This document shows, piece by piece, positions 1 through 11,840 of a stretch of 64,000 nt of DNA. The DNA is from Ginglymostoma cirratum. Lineage: Eukaryota. Each line of letters opens with the position of its first letter. The stretch's first letter is position 1. Below the pieces are notes generated by a model. That model did no database searches. It was not told the DNA's origin and saw only the letters and a program-made list of their open reading frames with translations. Made by a program: the position numbers and the translations under genes. The stretch spans positions 4,341,302 to 4,405,301 of the forward strand of contig JAHRHZ010000043.1 of the NCBI GenBank assembly GCA_024137785.1, read 5' to 3'.

Positions 1-94
1 CATCATTCATAGGCTCATATGAACATATTTTTTAAAAAGGTGAGCAGAAAGCAATGATGAAAAATTTATAAATCCTACTTTTAAATTTTCACTG

Positions 95-477
95 AAGTTT
101 AGAAGAATGAGAAGGGATCTCATAGAAACCTATAGAATTCCAACAGGGTAAATGCAGGAAGGATGGTCCCTATAACTGGGGAACTCCAATCCAAGATATG
201 GAGTAGATAATTTAAGATTAAGACTCGGAGGAATGTCTTCACCCAGAATGTAGTGAGCCTTTAGGATTCTCTGCCACAGAAAGTGATTGACGCCAAAACA
301 CTGAATGTTTTTAAGATGGAGCTTGACATAGTTCTTCGTGCTAAAGGGATCAAAGGCTATGGGGAGAAAGTGGGAACAGGGTACTGAGTTGGATGATCAG
401 CCATGGTCATATTGCATGATGCAGCAGGCTCAAAGGATTTAATTGGGTACTCCTGCTCCTATTTTCCATGTTTCTAT
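95..477 (+). mobile_element. CR1 LINE 3' fragment
   Basis: Degenerate RRMRRDLIETY-type RT C-terminus; typical tail gatcagccatg...ctcctgctcctattttccatgtttctat. Confidence 0.85.
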
Positions 478-1532
478 AAATATTTTGTAGCCTCAGTCCT
501 CCATTATGGAAGATTAAAACAAATATAAGATGCTGTGATGATCTCCCTAAGGCAATCAAGGAAGCTCAAAGAAACCATAGTTAACCACACAATGTGTTGC
601 ATATCTAACATGAAGGATGGTCATGAGTAAGGTACTGAAGGAAAATTGGTCCCTCTGGATCCCTTAGCCAATTTGAGTCTACTCCTTCAGTCTAGCTTCA
701 TATTCATTTTGGTGCCATGGAGGGGAAAATCTCTCCTGTACTATCTCCATAACAGTTATATCTTTTGCAAGCAAAGAGAAAACAAATTGGTATGACAATT
801 TCAAATTCAGGCTGAAACAAGACTTTGTGAAGGACAAACAGGTAGCCCACTTCAATTATTGACATTTAACACAAAACTCTACTTGTTTTAATGTCTGCAA
901 AATTATTGAACAGATAATTTAATCAACCAATTATTATTTCTAACAACAACTGATATGTTATTACCTTTTCCTATCACACATTAGATAGGCCAATTGTATG
1001 AAAGAAGTGGTTTTTGACAGTTCCAGCCATTGCCATTCACCATTGCAAACCTACTAAAAACATTAAGATGGAATTCTTCTCTCTTTGCACAGCAATGCAT
1101 GGTACACTCCCTTAGGCTTACATACAGTAACACCTTGTGTTTCACAAATACATTTCAATATCACACACATAACAAGACATGGTGCTATCCCTGTATCACG
1201 TGCTACTCTCCCCATATCAACACATAGGAACACAGAATAAAGTCTTGGTATTACACACTGCTGGTGTCACAGGTGCTGCATTTTTCTTGTTGTACATTGA
1301 ACTGTAAAAGAGAAAAATGTTTATTCACATCATCTATTTCCCTACATAGGATACTGTCACAAGCCATTTTTAATGTCATTGTCATGCTCCCTCTTGAAAT
1401 ATTGTAGTACTTTTAACACTTGTGAATGCTCTCCCAATCATAAAGTTATGCTCTAGTTACCTTACCTCATAATATTAGTCAAAACAAACATTACAAATTC
1501 CAAAAATAAAAATTTGAGCCACAGACCCAAGA

Positions 1533-1785
1533 CCCATACAGCACGGAAATAGACCCATTGGTACAACCAGTCCATGCTGAAAATAATCCCAAACTAAACT
1601 AGTCCCATCTGCCTGCTCCTGGCCCGTTCATGTCTTTTAAACATTGTAATTGTGCCTTCATCCACTATTTCCCCAAGAAGTTAATTCCACACACGAGCAA
1701 CCCTCTATGCAAAAAATTTTGCTTCTCATGTCTTTTTTAAATCTCTCTCCTCTCATCTTAAAAAGGTGCCCTAGTCTTGAAATCC
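1533..1785 (-). mobile_element. CR1 (HER1-like) LINE 3' end
   Basis: catacagcacggaaatagaccc...aatcccaaactaaactagtccca; same family as the copy at 42445-42660. Confidence 0.8.
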
Positions 1786-1799
1786 TCTATCTGAATCCC

Positions 1800-2160
1800 T
1801 ATTTTGAAATACCTTCATACCCATTTCTCCTCCCAATTTCTGTAACCTCCTTCAGTCCTGCAACACTCTAACATCCCTGAATCTATTCAGTTCTGGCCTT
1901 TTGCACAATCATGATTTTAATTCCTTGCTCATTGGTCTTCCAATGCCCAGTGCAGAGCTCTGGAATTTTTTCCCTAAACCTTTCCACCTCTTCTGTTGTT
2001 TAAGATGCCCCTTAACATATCTCTCATTGACCAAGTTTTTGAACTTATCCTAATATTTGATTATGTGACTCAGATACTGGTTTTGCTTGAAAACACCCTG
2101 TAAAATACCTGAGAATGTTTTACTGTATTGAAGGTGATAGATAAATTCAAGTTGTTATTG
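1800..2160 (+). mobile_element. L2-type LINE 3' fragment
   Basis: ctctggaattttttccctaaacc motif and tail ending gatagataaattcaagttgttattg. Confidence 0.6.
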
Positions 2161-2557
2161 ATATTTGGAATATATCTGTGACTCACTGCAAAAATATTGT
2201 TCACAAATTCCAATAATGTTATGTCTGTGCAGACACAGAGAAATATGCTGCATAAAGGCAAGCTCTTTGTTTCTTTTCTCAGAACTATTATTTTCTATCT
2301 AATACAAACTAGACTAGTTGACTAGTGGTCAACTGTAGTGCACTTACAATAAATTTACACTGATGATTTAACAAAGAATCATCTCACAGTGTTCAATCTG
2401 TGCCATCTTCACAGGGTACTCTTGATCATATCACCACACCAGAAGATCCAAGCTGATTAAAATATACTGTGTGATATCAAAATAAAATTCTAAATACTGG
2501 GACATTGAACAGTAATTGGTAGTTGGTGAACCTGATCATTAACTTCAGAAATTATTT

Positions 2558-2750
2558 TCATAGATCATAGATCATAGAATCACAGAATCCCTCCAGTGTG
2601 GAACCAAGCCCTTCGACCCAACAAGTCCACACCGAACCTCAAAGCATCCCAGCAAGACCCACGCTGCTATAACCCACCCAATTGACACATCCCTGAGCAC
2701 TACGGGCAATTTAACACGGCTAATCCACCTAGCCTGCACATCTTTGGACA
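2558..2750 (-). mobile_element. HE1-type SINE (V-SINE core, CR1-like tail), partial
   Basis: cactacgggcaatttaacacggctaatccacctagcctgcacatctttggac core and repeated tcataga tail units. Confidence 0.85.
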
Positions 2751-3409
2751 TCTTTCAAACTTTTTGTGTCATTCAAACCTCTCAATTACAGTCTGCAACA
2801 CATTCATGTGTAGTCATTGTTCTCTATGTAAACTACTTAAAACCTCTGGATTAGATTTGAACTATTATAACTCACTCCTGGATATTAATTATTTTAAACA
2901 GAAGCCACGCAAACCCCTTGATTAGATTGGAGTCTGTAACTTGCTCGTGGATATTTATTATTCCATGTATAAACAACAGATTTCAAACTGTACTAGATTC
3001 ATGATACCATATATAAAAATTTGACCCCCTTTATTAAATTCCAGTGAATAACTCATTCTCGAGTACCCCTTATTCTACATTAAACCACTAAATTCTTCTA
3101 ATTTCACTAAATTTTAGCTCACTTCTCTGTAATTATAAGTCAAAACAAATAATTTATATCATGCATATTATGTAAGTATTAATTCTGTAGATATATATGT
3201 CTATTAGAGATGTAGTTTTGGCTATTAACAGTATTGTATATGAACAGTGTTAATCTGGTCAACGTTTATCACTCAAGTTATGGGAATTAGCCGACCCTTT
3301 ATCTCATTGCTTAGTGTAGGGTATTGCTGTGCACAAACTGATGCCATTGAGTGAGAATGCCTATTTGAAATAGCTTCATTAGCTGCAAAATACTTTTGTA
3401 AAAGAATAG

Positions 3410-4110
3410 CAACAACAACTTATATTTGTGTGGCACTTCAAAAACTAAAATACCCAAAGTCTTTGACAGAAGCATTATCAAAGATAATTAACAACTTCCA
3501 TCATAAGAAGTTACTTTGACCAAAAGTTTAGTCAAGGACAATGTTATGAAATGCATCTACACACAAAGGGTGTAGAGGTTTTTAACTCTAGTCCCAAATG
3601 ACAGCGGATGTTGGATCTGTTAATGACTTTAAATCTAATTATTAAAACTAATAATTTGAAATTAAATATGAGATAGATTTGTTTTGCTAAGGAAAGGTTT
3701 AAGGGATATGGCCCAAAGGCAGGTAGATGGAGTTAGGCCACAGATCAGCTACGATCTCATTGAATGACAGAACAGGCTCGAGGGGCTGAATTAGCCTACT
3801 CCAGTTCCTACTTTCTTGTGTTTAAGGAATTAGGTTTTGGGGTTTTCTTAAACATGGAGATGGACGGAAAGAGGTGGAAAATTTAAGAGAGAAGGGCTTG
3901 GAGACATTCAATTGATTGGAACTGGAGGGGCCACAGATTTGGGAGATTTGTGGGATTACAGAGTTGAAGGTGAGCTAGACCAAGAAGGGGGCTGGAAAGC
4001 AAGGATGAGAATTTCGTAATCCAGGAGTTGCCCGTGCAGGTCATAAGTTAATGGACAAATGAGATTCTTGCAAGTTAGTTCTGAGATGGTGAAACGGTGC
4101 TGGAGTTCTT
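3410..4110 (-). mobile_element. L2-type LINE fragment interrupted by a CR1 tail
   Basis: caacaacaacttatatttgtgtggcac tail at about 3410 and L2-like body at 3830-4110. Confidence 0.5.
3560..3820 (+). mobile_element. CR1 3' end
   Basis: aagggatatgg...gatcagctacgatctcattgaatgacagaacaggctcgaggggctgaattagcctactcc tail. Confidence 0.8.
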
Positions 4111-4329
4111 TAAGTCTCTTGTATTTTTTTGGTCAAATTTCTGTCTTTTAAAAACCTGCTCCAGTTTAACACTAGAATTCCACTGCATGGGCTCATTAAC
4201 TATTTCTAAAGCTGCCACCCTAACACAGCGATATGGCAGTCACTGCTGTTACAAGTCCAGCACTTGAACTAGTTGCCTACAGTGAGTCTTTAAGACTGAT
4301 TTAAGACTGTTGACCTAGATCTGGCAGGC

Positions 4330-4570
4330 CAGACTGACGGTCAGTGACCGTCAATGAGAATTAAGCAGGTGAAGGACTGAGCCACCGTCGGCGTTTCTGC
4401 ATGAGCGCTCCCTGCCAGGAAACAGCGGGGCCAGTTCCAAAGCATCTCCCAGAGAGGCCGCGCTGCAAGCCGGCCCGCTGTCCGCCCGCAGCCCCGCCGA
4501 GCTCCCCGGGCGCAAGCACAGGCGCAACTCGCAGCGCAAATCCGAGGCAAACAAAGAAGCAGCAACGAGG
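4330..4570. promoter_or_regulatory. GC/CpG-rich island downstream of mir-9
   Basis: Dense CpG and GC content (e.g. gccggcccgctgtccgcccgcagccccgccg) against AT-rich, CpG-poor flanks; no repeat signature. Confidence 0.5.
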
Positions 4571-4771
4571 GGCAAAGACAGCAGAAATTTGCAAAAGCAA
4601 ATCTGCTGTGTTGGAAGATGTCACATCAGTTTCCAGAAGAATGGCAGAATCATCCCCAGATTTCTCCAAACCCTTATCACTGATCAGTCTGTACCATACT
4701 GCCGCCGGGTTGGAGGCGAAAGAGCAAATTTTCACTCCAGTTACAAAATTAATCGGAATTTAACAGAATGA

Positions 4772-4992
4772 ATGGATCCTCTTCTCTGCCTTGTTTCGCT
4801 CTCATCAAGCCTCCCTCTACCAAATACCTTATTTTCTGCCTCCCTTTCTGACTCCCTCACTCATTGCTCTCCTCACCTCCACCTATCGATCTCCCTCTTT
4901 TCTACCCCCACCTCACTCATTGCTTCCCCGTCACCCTTTCTCCCTTTTCTTCAATCTCCCTCTCTTTTCTATCCTCATCTCCCTCCACCTTT
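4772..4992. repeat. pyrimidine-rich low-complexity tract
   Basis: Strongly C/T-rich on the plus strand. Confidence 0.7.
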
Positions 4993-5454
4993 ACACTAAT
5001 GCGCTCCTTTTGGGGGCGATTATCAAAGCTCTTGATGATTTCTCCCCCGGTTCTGTCCCTCTTGACAATAAATCTCCAGCCAGCCACCCCCTAAATTTCC
5101 AATAAAATAGTTATGCCCGCGCAAAATAAAAAGACCCTGGTATATTAGCCCAGCTCTAAATTGATTCAGTTGCTAAGGTTTCTCGTCCGCCGCGACTGAA
5201 AATCTCTGGACATTCACCATCTAATCCTTAAAATCAACAGAGAGGCAGCCCAGACTGTTTGGTGTCCCACATTCTCCAGGACAGTCTGTCCAATTTTCAG
5301 ATATCCTATCCGAAATGAGGGAGGGAGAACTCTCAATGACTGGAAAGTCTTCATCCTTATCACTTTTTTCCGATTGAGAGATAACATTTTCATCTTCATT
5401 CCTTCACTCTCTTTCCAGGCGGGGAGGCTGCCGGTGAAACTCGAAGCCGTTTTT

Positions 5455-5476
5455 ACATTCGGTTCTCTAGCTTTAT
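5455..5476 (-). ncRNA. mir-9: miR-9-3p (star arm) variant
   Basis: AUAAAGCUAGAGAACCGAAUGU; seed UAAAGCU intact; pairs with the 5p arm. Confidence 0.93.
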
Positions 5477-5494
5477 GATATGGTTCAACAAATC

Positions 5495-5517
5495 TCATAC
5501 AGCTAGATAACCAAAGA
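5495..5517 (-). ncRNA. mir-9: mature miR-9-5p
   Basis: Plus strand tcatacagctagataaccaaaga is the exact reverse complement of miR-9-5p. Confidence 0.98.
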
Positions 5518-6336
5518 AAAAAACAGCCACACCAAAAAATGAAATCACAGCCGCGGCTCCCAGGAGCAGAAAGAGTGGACAAACTCTTCATCTTCGCTCT
5601 GAAGCTCTCTCTTCAGGAGATTTCTCATCTTCACCCTGAAGACCCTGTGAAACCTTCAAAACTGTACCCCACCCCGACCTTTTGCAATCTTTGCCAATCA
5701 TCAGAAGCTGGCCCCTAAGCCACTGATAACTTTCAATCTTCAACACCTAACTGGGATTTGTTCAGAACACAGAGAAAAAAATATGCCTGAAATCACAGCG
5801 GACCTTTCCAGCATTTTTTTTTTGTTTTCAGTACAGATTCCAGCATTTGCAGTCATTTGCTCCCACTTGGGTATTTGTTCATCTCTACCTAACACTCTCA
5901 AGCCGTGGTCCTGTCCTAATGTTGACCCCCCACCCCGCAACGAACACAAATAAAGTTCACTCTCCCCAGCTTTAGAAACAACAAAAAAGGGTCAACATCT
6001 AAGCGAGCACAAAACAATTTGATTTCTTATTTTAAAAACATTAGTGTAACTTGTTCATTCTGAACGAAAACAAACTAAAACCAAGCCTCAAGTTCCCTCC
6101 TCATGCAATCGCTGACTCTCAGCCAGTTCACAGAGAGAGAAAGAAAATTCAACATGTGAAAAATAAGCAATCGAACTGTTGATCGAGGCCCGGACAGACA
6201 GCAAACCTTGTAGGATATCATTTTAGCCACCGCATATCTAATCAGACGAAATCCCAGCGAAACCTCTGACAACACATAACGCTTGCCTGGTCACCGCTCT
6301 GTTCCTCCGCTCAGTCCTCGATTCGCAGCGCTGGGA

Positions 6337-6375
6337 GATTGGTTATTCAGACAGTGTCCCGGCTGCTATGGCAAC
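6337..6375. promoter_or_regulatory. RFX X-box plus CCAAT box, candidate proximal promoter of pri-miR-9
   Basis: gctgctatggcaac (6362-6375) matches the RFX X-box GTTGCTATGGCAAC at 13/14. ATTGG at 6338-6342 reads AACCAATC on the minus strand. CpG-rich context about 0.85 kb upstream of the hairpin. Confidence 0.5.
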
Positions 6376-7074
6376 ATCATAATAGTTTGCACTGACCCCC
6401 ACCGCCACCCCTACACTCCACCCCCCCACCAACCCAAACCCCCAACAATAAAGCCACAAAACAAACGTTGTATTAAAAGAGTTTGACAAACACTGGCGAT
6501 CCAACACAAACACAACTCGTGTTAAATGTTCTTATCTGTCCAGAGAGGCGATGAGACTGTGAGCGCGTTCCTGTCCTCTAAGTCTGACTGCCCTGGTCTT
6601 GCTGGGTACAAGCCTGACAGTACGTACCCTGTGCTCTGCTGTCCAACCGAGTTCAGGACTCTAGGCCATAGGTCAACCGATCAGGAGAATGCCGATGTCA
6701 TCTTGCAGCTGATGTGCCTATTGATACATAGCTACACCCGACGTCTCCCCTCCCTCTGTCTGCCTCAGTTCCTCCACTTCCTCCTTAACGACCTTTCCTT
6801 GACGTTGAAACTTTCACTCAAGCTTCCCTTTTTAGTCCTCCTTCCCCCTTTCCCACTTCTCGTGGCTCTTGCTGGGTTCTAACTTCAGCAGAGGAAGACT
6901 GACAACTGTCAATGTGTCCATTCTTCAAGCACAACTCCACGCAGCCCACTAACCCGAGTTGCTGACTGGATATTTCACTGTGGTGGGCATCACAGCCCAG
7001 CTCAATGACATTCCAACCTGATGCCCTTGCAATTAGGGATAACTATAATCTTCAGCACAAGGATGGCACCAGAA

Positions 7075-7268
7075 ACAAAACAAAGAACTCCAGAGGCTGG
7101 AAATCTGAGACAAAAGTTGCTGGAGAAACCCAGCAGGTCTGGCAGCATCGGTGGAGAGCAGCTGCTCTGACAAAGGATCACTGGACCCAAAGTGTCAACT
7201 CTCTTTCTGCCTCTACCGATGCTACCAGACCTGCTGAGTTGCTTCAGCTAAATTTCTGTGCTTGTGTT
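7075..7268. mobile_element. palindromic Penelope-derived non-autonomous element
   Basis: Inverted arms cagcaggtctggcagcatcggtggag / ctctaccgatgctaccagacctgctg around a degraded hammerhead core. Confidence 0.75.
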
Positions 7269-7294
7269 GAAACCAGGAATACATTGGGGTATAC

Positions 7295-7721
7295 ACTGGG
7301 AAAGGATTGACAGGCTGGCTCTCAGCTTGAAATAAGGAGTTGGAGGGTGACCTAACTGAAACCTTTAAAATGATTAGTGGCTTGGATTGATTGGATACAT
7401 AGAGAATGTTTTCTCTTATGGGATGAGTGTAACCAGAAAATGTCAATATAAGATAGCCACCAAGAACTTCATTAGGAAATTCAAAAGAAACTTCCTGAAT
7501 CAGAGGGTAATGAGAAAGTGGAACTGGTTCCCACAGAGAGGTGTTCAATAATATAAATGCAGTAAAGGGGAAATGAGACAAGTATCTGAGAGAGATTGGA
7601 ATAGAGGATTACAATGGTACATTTAGAAAAGCAACCAAGGGAAGGAGGCCATTTGGGACATAAATACAGGCACATACTGGTTGGACTGAATGGCCTGTTT
7701 TTGTACCATTAGTCCTATGTA
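7295..7721 (+). mobile_element. CR1 3' fragment
   Basis: ggagggtgacctaactgaaacctttaaaatg (GDL.ETFK) and tail ttggactgaatggcctg. Confidence 0.75.
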
Positions 7722-9589
7722 GTTTGTTTAGTTATATGAGAGAGATGAAGACGTGTTGTAAAACTACACTGAAAAATGTAGAGATTGAGGAAGTTCATGG
7801 GCAGAGTAGGACTGAAAATTCTGATATTAGTAATGGAGTTAAAGTAATGAGAAGTGTAGGTGAGTGGAAGATTACAGTCATCAGAACTGAACATTTAGAA
7901 TAGTTAGGCTGGGGATAAAGTCAACATTGGACTTAATAGGTGGCGTTTTGGATTCAATGAAATTTTGGGAGCAAGTGAGCACTAATAAAGACTGAAAAAA
8001 TTGGAAGATATTGCAAGACAGGACATAAACTGTAAACTCCCCAAGCAAGTTGGAGTTCAGTATTGTTATAGGTTAGAATGTGAGGAAGGTGATGTGGGGA
8101 AAGATTTGGGGGAAGATTCAGATTATCTGATCTGCAACTGAACAACAAGGATTCTGCAGTAACAACAGAGATGGGAATCATTGCAGGGGTAAGAATGCAT
8201 GACCTTGGGACATGAGGTTCAAAGTTCATTGAGGGTTAACAGAATGTCATATTTTTGAATGACCTGGTTTAATTTGGCAGGGTATACATAGACATGATTT
8301 GAGTCAGTGGCAAGGAAGTGGACATGATGGCAAGGCTACATACTTCTCTAGGTCAAAGCCACTGAAGTCCAACAGTTATGTCCCAAACATTGCAATGCAG
8401 TGAATAAGCAACATAATGTTTTGTTTCTCATGTGAACGTTTAGCAATACTCTCCCAAAAAACAAAGCAAAACCACCACCACAAAGAATGGGTAAATCTCC
8501 TTAGACAACAATATAAGACCTTGTGCACATAATGTCAGAGCCACTGAGATACAAAAGCTTTCAAACCTTCCTCTTTTCTTTCCCAATCTCATTCCAATCT
8601 TCTGGCCCTATCCTTACCCAATCTTGATCCTTCCTACTTCAAGCCCCATTCTTCTTCCTTCCTGACCCTCACCTCAATATCCTTTCCTAGATTCTCATTT
8701 CTAATTTCTTCTTGACCCTCACCCCAAATATCCTTTCACTCTTCAAAGCTTGAAATCTGGTTACCTGGACAACTGATTCTTTCCAAAAATTCTGAATGTT
8801 ATTTCAGACACCTCAGTGAGAAGACTCAATAGTAATTTAGAGTGGGGAAGGTAAGAGATCTGAGGCTGAGCCCTGGTTTAAATTGGCTCTTCATTCTTAA
8901 AACAGAAAGACTCCATCGGAGAGTGTTCTGTCTTGGAGTTGATATGAGGCCACATTTTGTCCACCTGGGAACTTTTTTATTCTTTAAACCACAGCAATTA
9001 AGCTGTTTAGCCAATCAATCAAACATTATTTTGAAGCTTGTTGCAAATACCGAACACTGAAGTCTTTTAAGCCACTCTATGTTGACATGTTGAAGTAACA
9101 ATGATGCAATTCACTTCACAAGTAACTTTCCACTGTGGAATAGAATAATCCTGAGGTGAAGGGATATTTCTTCGGAGAAAGCGTTTCAAAAAATCTTTTT
9201 TAGGGATGGGTGTTACTTTCATCACAGACAAGATAGGTCATGTTACATCTCAATATGAGTGTCACTTAAAAGCATAAACTACCAGAACTTAGCAACTTGG
9301 GAGAAAGCCATTTTGAGCCATTGTGACCATGGCAGGACTTTGAAAGCTACTCAATAATCCAATTCACCCATGTTCATGACCATGGCCATGTGCACTTTCT
9401 TCCTTTTCAACCAAGGAAAGATTAATTTGCATTTATATTGTGTCATTCACAACTACTAGATGACTCAAAGTGACTGACAAAGAACTTTTGAAACATATAC
9501 ATGGGTTTGGGAATTGGGCCAGCCATTTCTGATCCAGGCTAAGTGATTTAACAATATTGAGCATAGCTTTTCTATTTCCACCTCTTCCA

Positions 9590-10090
9590 GTGTCCACATC
9601 ATTTCCTTTTCCTTATGATTTTGGCAGCATCTTCTTTGGCAAAGACAGATGCAAAGTACTCATTTAGTATCTCAGTCATTCCCCCTGCCTCCATCTTAAA
9701 TCATAGAATAGAATCAGACAGTACATTGGGTCTGCACTGCCAAAATGACACAAAATTTATTCAAGTCCCCCTTTCTAGCACTAAGCCCATAGCTTTGAAT
9801 GTTATGACATTTCAAGTGCTCATCTAAGCACTTTTTAAAGGTTTTGATCTTGATCCCCAATTGGGCTAACTCCTCCTTTCATAATTCTTTTACTATTTAT
9901 ACTTTATACATGACCTTAGGATTCCCTTTTATGTTAGCTGCCCATCTCTTCTCATAATCTGTCTTTGCTTCTTTCTTTTTTCACATCCCTGTGCACTTTC
10001 TATCTTCAGCCATATTCTCACTTGTACTATGAACGTGACATCTGACAAATGCATCCTTTTCCTGCCTTATCCTATTCTCTATGATCCAGA
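9590..10090 (-). mobile_element. CR1 ORF2 fragments (nested)
   Basis: Minus strand reads MEAGGMTEILNEYFASVFAKED (CR1 ORF2 motif); a second CR1 tail is inserted at about 9700-9840. Confidence 0.7.
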
Positions 10091-10279
10091 AAGAACTTTG
10101 CTTTGCAAATCTTACATTTTCTCTTTGTGGTAATACTAACTTTATGTGGAACCTTGGTGAGACATGACTTGTTGTTCTGGTCTCCATACTACAAGAAAAA
10201 TATTGAACTATTTATAATTAACAAAAAAATACAGAAGCATAATGCACATTTAAAAATGTGCCATGCTGGATGAAGTTAG

Positions 10280-11170
10280 TACAGCTCAGTTTGATTCAGT
10301 GGTAGCCTTTGAGTCAGAAGATTGTAGGAAAATATGATCAGGAGGTGTTGAAGAGTATTGTGAATAACTACCAGGACTCAAGACATAAATCAGTATTTTC
10401 ACAGAAAATCTTACACAAACACTTGCATATACACAAGCTGAAGGATTTTCAATCATTCTACAATATATCCAGACACATACTACTCTCTTACACATGCCCA
10501 AATACAAAACTATGTAGACTCAATGTCCACAAGCATGAACGTGCATTTAAAACATATTCTTGTACTTGAATAGTGCTATGCACAGATAGATGCAGAAAAA
10601 ATATTGGTTTGAACCCCATCAAAACCTTTCACATAATTTGGGCTGGCATTTCTAGTGCAGTGAAAACAACAAATGCTGGAAGTCACAGCTGGTCAGACAG
10701 CATCCATGGAGACTGAGCAAGCTAACGTTTCATGTCTAGATGACTCTTTGAAGATTCATCTAGACTCAAAACATTAGCTTGTTCTCTCTCCATGGATGCT
10801 GTCTGGCCTGTTGTGATCTCCAGCACTTCTTGTTTCTGGTAGATTCCAGCATCTGCAGTAATTTGTTCCTACTTCTACTGCAGTATTGAGGGGGTGCTGG
10901 CTTGTTGGAGGTGCCATCCTTCAAATGAAACAGTAAGCAGAGACATCTCTTGTTCAGTTGGAAGATCTCTTCACACTATTAGAAAAATAGCAATATATTT
11001 GTCTGGATGACACTCCTCTCTATAAAAAAATCAGTCATTCAGCTAATATTTATTTTTGATAATATGCTGTGGACAAATTGCCAGCAGTTGTAATCAACAT
11101 TGAAACACTTCAAAATGTAGTTGATTGAATGTGAGATGTTTGGTGATGTCCTGAAGTTTTTGTAACGTAT
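10280..11170 (+). mobile_element. fragmented DeuSINE-like SINE
   Basis: tRNA-like head near 10280 (agctcagtt...gtggtagcctttgagtcagaag) and Deu-like core (tgcagtattgagggggtgct...gaggtgccatcctt; gctgtggacaaattg). Confidence 0.5.
10665..10870. mobile_element. palindromic Penelope-derived element (second family)
   Basis: Long inverted repeat: cagacagcatccatggaga...tctagatga / tcatctaga...tctccatggatgctgtctg. Confidence 0.8.
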
Positions 11171-11639
11171 TCTTTGCCCTGAAGTTCCTATATATCAATT
11201 GTTTACTGTGCAAAAATATTCCTGATACTCGCACAAAGGCAAGGAGGTTAGTAGAGTGCCCAAGTGCTCATACTTCAACAATATTGGTCTCTGGTCCATG
11301 ATTATTTTTGTCTTACTTTGTGCTGTAATGAAAGCTCTTGCCTATACACAGGGATTGACTTACAACAGTCTGTGGGCTGAATTTTACATTTTATGGTGAA
11401 GTGAAAGTTTTGCATCAGGTTTTTAGGAGGGGCTCTTGCTGCAAGGCTTCACGAGATTTCTCCCCATGTCTCACCTGCCCTACCTCAATAACTACCCTCC
11501 CTCATGGCATTCTTCTTGCCTGATTCTAGTCCCATGTTACCACATGCCAGTTCCAGAACAACTCACCACTCATTTGTATATCTGCTGAAGGACTGAATAT
11601 GTATTGAGCCTGTGTTAAAGGTGGCTTTAAAAGGAAACT

Positions 11640-11840
11640 GAAAACAAAAGACTGCAGATGGTGGAAATCTGAATCAAAAACAGAAATTACTGGAGAAACT
11701 CAGCAGATCTGTCAATATCTGTGGAGAGAAAACAAAGTTAACATTTAGGGTCTAGTGTTCTTTCTTAAGGACATTGGCTCTACTTTCTCTCCACGGATGC
11801 TGCTAGACCTGCTGAGTTTCTCCAGTAATTTCTGTTTTGG
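11640..11840. mobile_element. palindromic Penelope-derived element
   Basis: cagaaattactggagaaactcagcag ... ctgctgagtttctccagtaatttctg perfect inverted arms. Confidence 0.8.

Larger units (their letters stand above)
5444..5529 (-). ncRNA. mir-9: miR-9 precursor hairpin (pre-miR-9 with basal stem), probably the miR-9-4-type paralogue
   Basis: Reverse complement of 5495-5517 is UCUUUGGUUAUCUAGCUGUAUGA, the exact miR-9-5p. Reverse complement of 5455-5476 is AUAAAGCUAGAGAACCGAAUGU, miR-9-3p with 2 substitutions relative to the common AUAAAGCUAGAUAACCGAAAGU. The arms are separated by an 18-nt loop region. Basal stem GCUGUUUUU/AAAAACGGC. A CNNC motif (CACC, 5436-5433) lies about 17-18 nt downstream of the 3p arm. 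Confidence 0.98.

Noticed and set aside
4341-4763. Several overlapping ORFs on both strands
   Set aside because: Explained by high GC content (few stop codons); no recognisable domain.
5214-5591. 125-aa minus-strand ORF
   Set aside because: It runs straight through the miR-9 hairpin and resembles no protein family I recognise; an incidental open frame.
6526-6882. 118-aa plus-strand ORF
   Set aside because: Leu/Pro-rich product from a pyrimidine-rich tract; no recognisable homology or exon structure.
7051-7070. RE1-like ttcagcacaaggatggcacc near mir-9
   Set aside because: Spacer is one base short and the GGACAG half is mismatched.
10665-10870. Long hairpins as novel pre-miRNAs
   Set aside because: They are multi-copy Penelope-derived palindromes with no known mature miRNA sequence.
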